Positions 62,699-64,000 of a stretch of DNA of 64,000 bases are shown in pieces. Within the stretch, counting starts at the first letter, position 1. Each line of letters begins with the position of its first letter. The stretch comes from a virus (taxonomy: Duplodnaviria; Caudoviricetes): IMG/VR virus record IMGVR_UViG_3300048581_000044, positions 1 to 64,000 of that record; one strand, 5' to 3'. A model generated the notes under the pieces. That model was not told the origin of the DNA and ran no database searches. It saw only the letters and a list, made by a program, of their open reading frames with translations. Both the position numbers and the translations under genes were made by a program.

Positions 62699-64000
62699 GG
62701 CCGCGGTCTTTCAAGCGGACTCCAGCCAGGAGTGCTATAACCGCGGCGGCTGCTAGTATCTGCCCAAAGGGCCGAAAAGCCTTTAGCCGCCTTGGTCATT
62801 CCATCAATAGCAGACGTTAAGCCTTTGATCGCTGTCTCAGCAGCAGGAATAAGCGTGTGAATAGCAGCATTAGCTTCCGTCAAATCACCTGTGGCCTTTT
62901 CCGCATAAGCGCGATTAGCGCCTACTGGCAAATTAAGCGGCAGAGGCTGTGTGCCCATGCCAAGGCTTTGTCTGAAAATATCAGCGCCTGTTGCCAAGTT
63001 CCCGCTTACGCTTCTTAGTGCGCCGGGATATCTACCCCAGTTTGCACTATTAATCTGCATCATGCCAAAGTCATCGCTATTGTATTTGTCGTTATGCACA
63101 AAGCCAACATTGGGATTGATCTTAGAGACTAAACCTTCTCCGTGCTTTTCGCTTTCCTTTGCTGCTATAGCAGCCAAAGAAAGAGGGTCTGTCTCGCTAA
63201 ACAAACCAGCACGCGCAAATTCAGGCGCGAGATCAGGCGCCATTCCTGCTTTAAGCAGCATGTCTTTGTATTTGTCTAGCCCTATAGATTTGTCAAACTT
63301 TCCAGAACCAGGAGCTATGCCAAAGTTCTTCTTATAAATTTCAGCAACTGATTTTCCATAGGCTACGTTTACTTCACGCCCAGGCCCTTTGCCTCCGCCA
63401 TTATAACGCGCAAAAGCAGCCTCAATGCCTTTAGGCAGCCAACTATATGATCGTGTTGTATCTTGCGTAGCACCTGTAAGACCGGACAATATGCCCGGTT
63501 TCATATCACTATTGCCACCTGTTATGGAGTTTACAAAAGGATCAAGTATCTCAAAGGCGCGCTCTTTATTGGATTGCATAAAGGCAGAAGTGAGAATTCC
63601 CACTGCTATTGGGTAGCGTTCAGCTTGCGCAGCTTTTACAGCTTGTGCGATTACAATGTCGCGCATCTCAGGAGAAGCCGCGTTATAATTCTCTTCACCA
63701 ATAAAGGCTTTTACATCTTTGGCCGACTTTAAATTACCAAAGCGACCAATTTGTGAGAGCAACGCTGTAAGAAGTGATGGATGTGCTGTGACATTAGAAA
63801 GCGTCTCTGTCATGCCTTGCTGTGTAGCAAGCGTTGAAGCGCCGGTTAGCCCTCCAGGCGTTCCAGTCATAGCATTTTGGCGTAGCATGGCGGCAATTGC
63901 AGCAGGGGAAGCCCCTAAGCTGTCAGACTTGGCGATTGTTTCAAGCGAGCCTTGCATGGACTCAAGTACTTTAGAACTGTCGAGTCCTTTAACATTTGCT
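62695..64000 (-). CDS. C-terminal part of tape-measure-like protein with lytic transglycosylase domain (5' end outside the window)
   Basis: The frame stays open upstream of ATG 63957 to the window edge; AAKES...DFGMMQIN...NLATGADIF SLT-like motifs. Confidence 0.7.
   Translation of the reverse strand, partial: ANVKGLDSSKVLESMQGSLETIAKSDSLGASPAAIAAMLRQNAMTGTPGGLTGASTLATQQGMTETLSNVTAHPSLLTALLSQIGRFGNLKSAKDVKAFIGEENYNAASPEMRDIVIAQAVKAAQAERYPIAVGILTSAFMQSNKERAFEILDPFVNSITGGNSDMKPGILSGLTGATQDTTRSYSWLPKGIEAAFARYNGGGKGPGREVNVAYGKSVAEIYKKNFGIAPGSGKFDKSIGLDKYKDMLLKAGMAPDLAPEFARAGLFSETDPLSLAAIAAKESEKHGEGLVSKINPNVGFVHNDKYNSDDFGMMQINSANWGRYPGALRSVSGNLATGADIFRQSLGMGTQPLPLNLPVGANRAYAEKATGDLTEANAAIHTLIPAAETAIKGLTSAIDGMTKAAKGFSALWADTSSRRGYSTPGWSPLERPRP

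Overview
This window is a 64-kb slice of a tailed phage (myovirus-type baseplate; an alphaproteobacterial host is inferred but not shown). The layout is: packaging genes at the left (minus strand, 1-9.2 kb), a long early/replication region (mostly plus strand, 9.3-43.2 kb), then lysis, fibre and baseplate genes (minus strand, 43.2-64 kb). No capsid, portal, sheath or primase gene was recognised. Main observations: (1) The large terminase is split into an ATPase ORF, which carries an Ala1 class-3-type mini-intein in Walker A, and a separate nuclease ORF. Between them sits a Mom-family DNA-modification gene whose only usable start codons lie upstream of or inside a 76-nt tRNA-Gly-like cloverleaf with an 8-nt anticodon loop. 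An Acb1-like anti-CBASS gene is coupled to the front of this operon. (2) The UDG-fused family A DNA polymerase is also split in two, with a SAM methyltransferase and a small ORF in the gap and a LAGLIDADG intein in motif B. (3) Five consecutive fibre-like or fibre-chaperone-like genes behind the lysis cassette all start with Sec-type signal peptides; four carry even numbers of cysteines. This suggests periplasm-matured virion appendages. (4) An rmlC/rmlD/SDR sugar-nucleotide cassette lies between the baseplate hub and spike genes. (5) An IS1595-family cargo transposon has 23-bp inverted repeats and an 8-bp target duplication, and its right end rebuilds the start codon of the gene it interrupted. 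(6) An array of sigma54-consensus boxes with exact 36-bp spacing lies next to terS. (7) A serine resolvase heads a run of small genes joined by identical TGAGGAG junctions. All product calls come from motifs recognised by eye; no database search was run.
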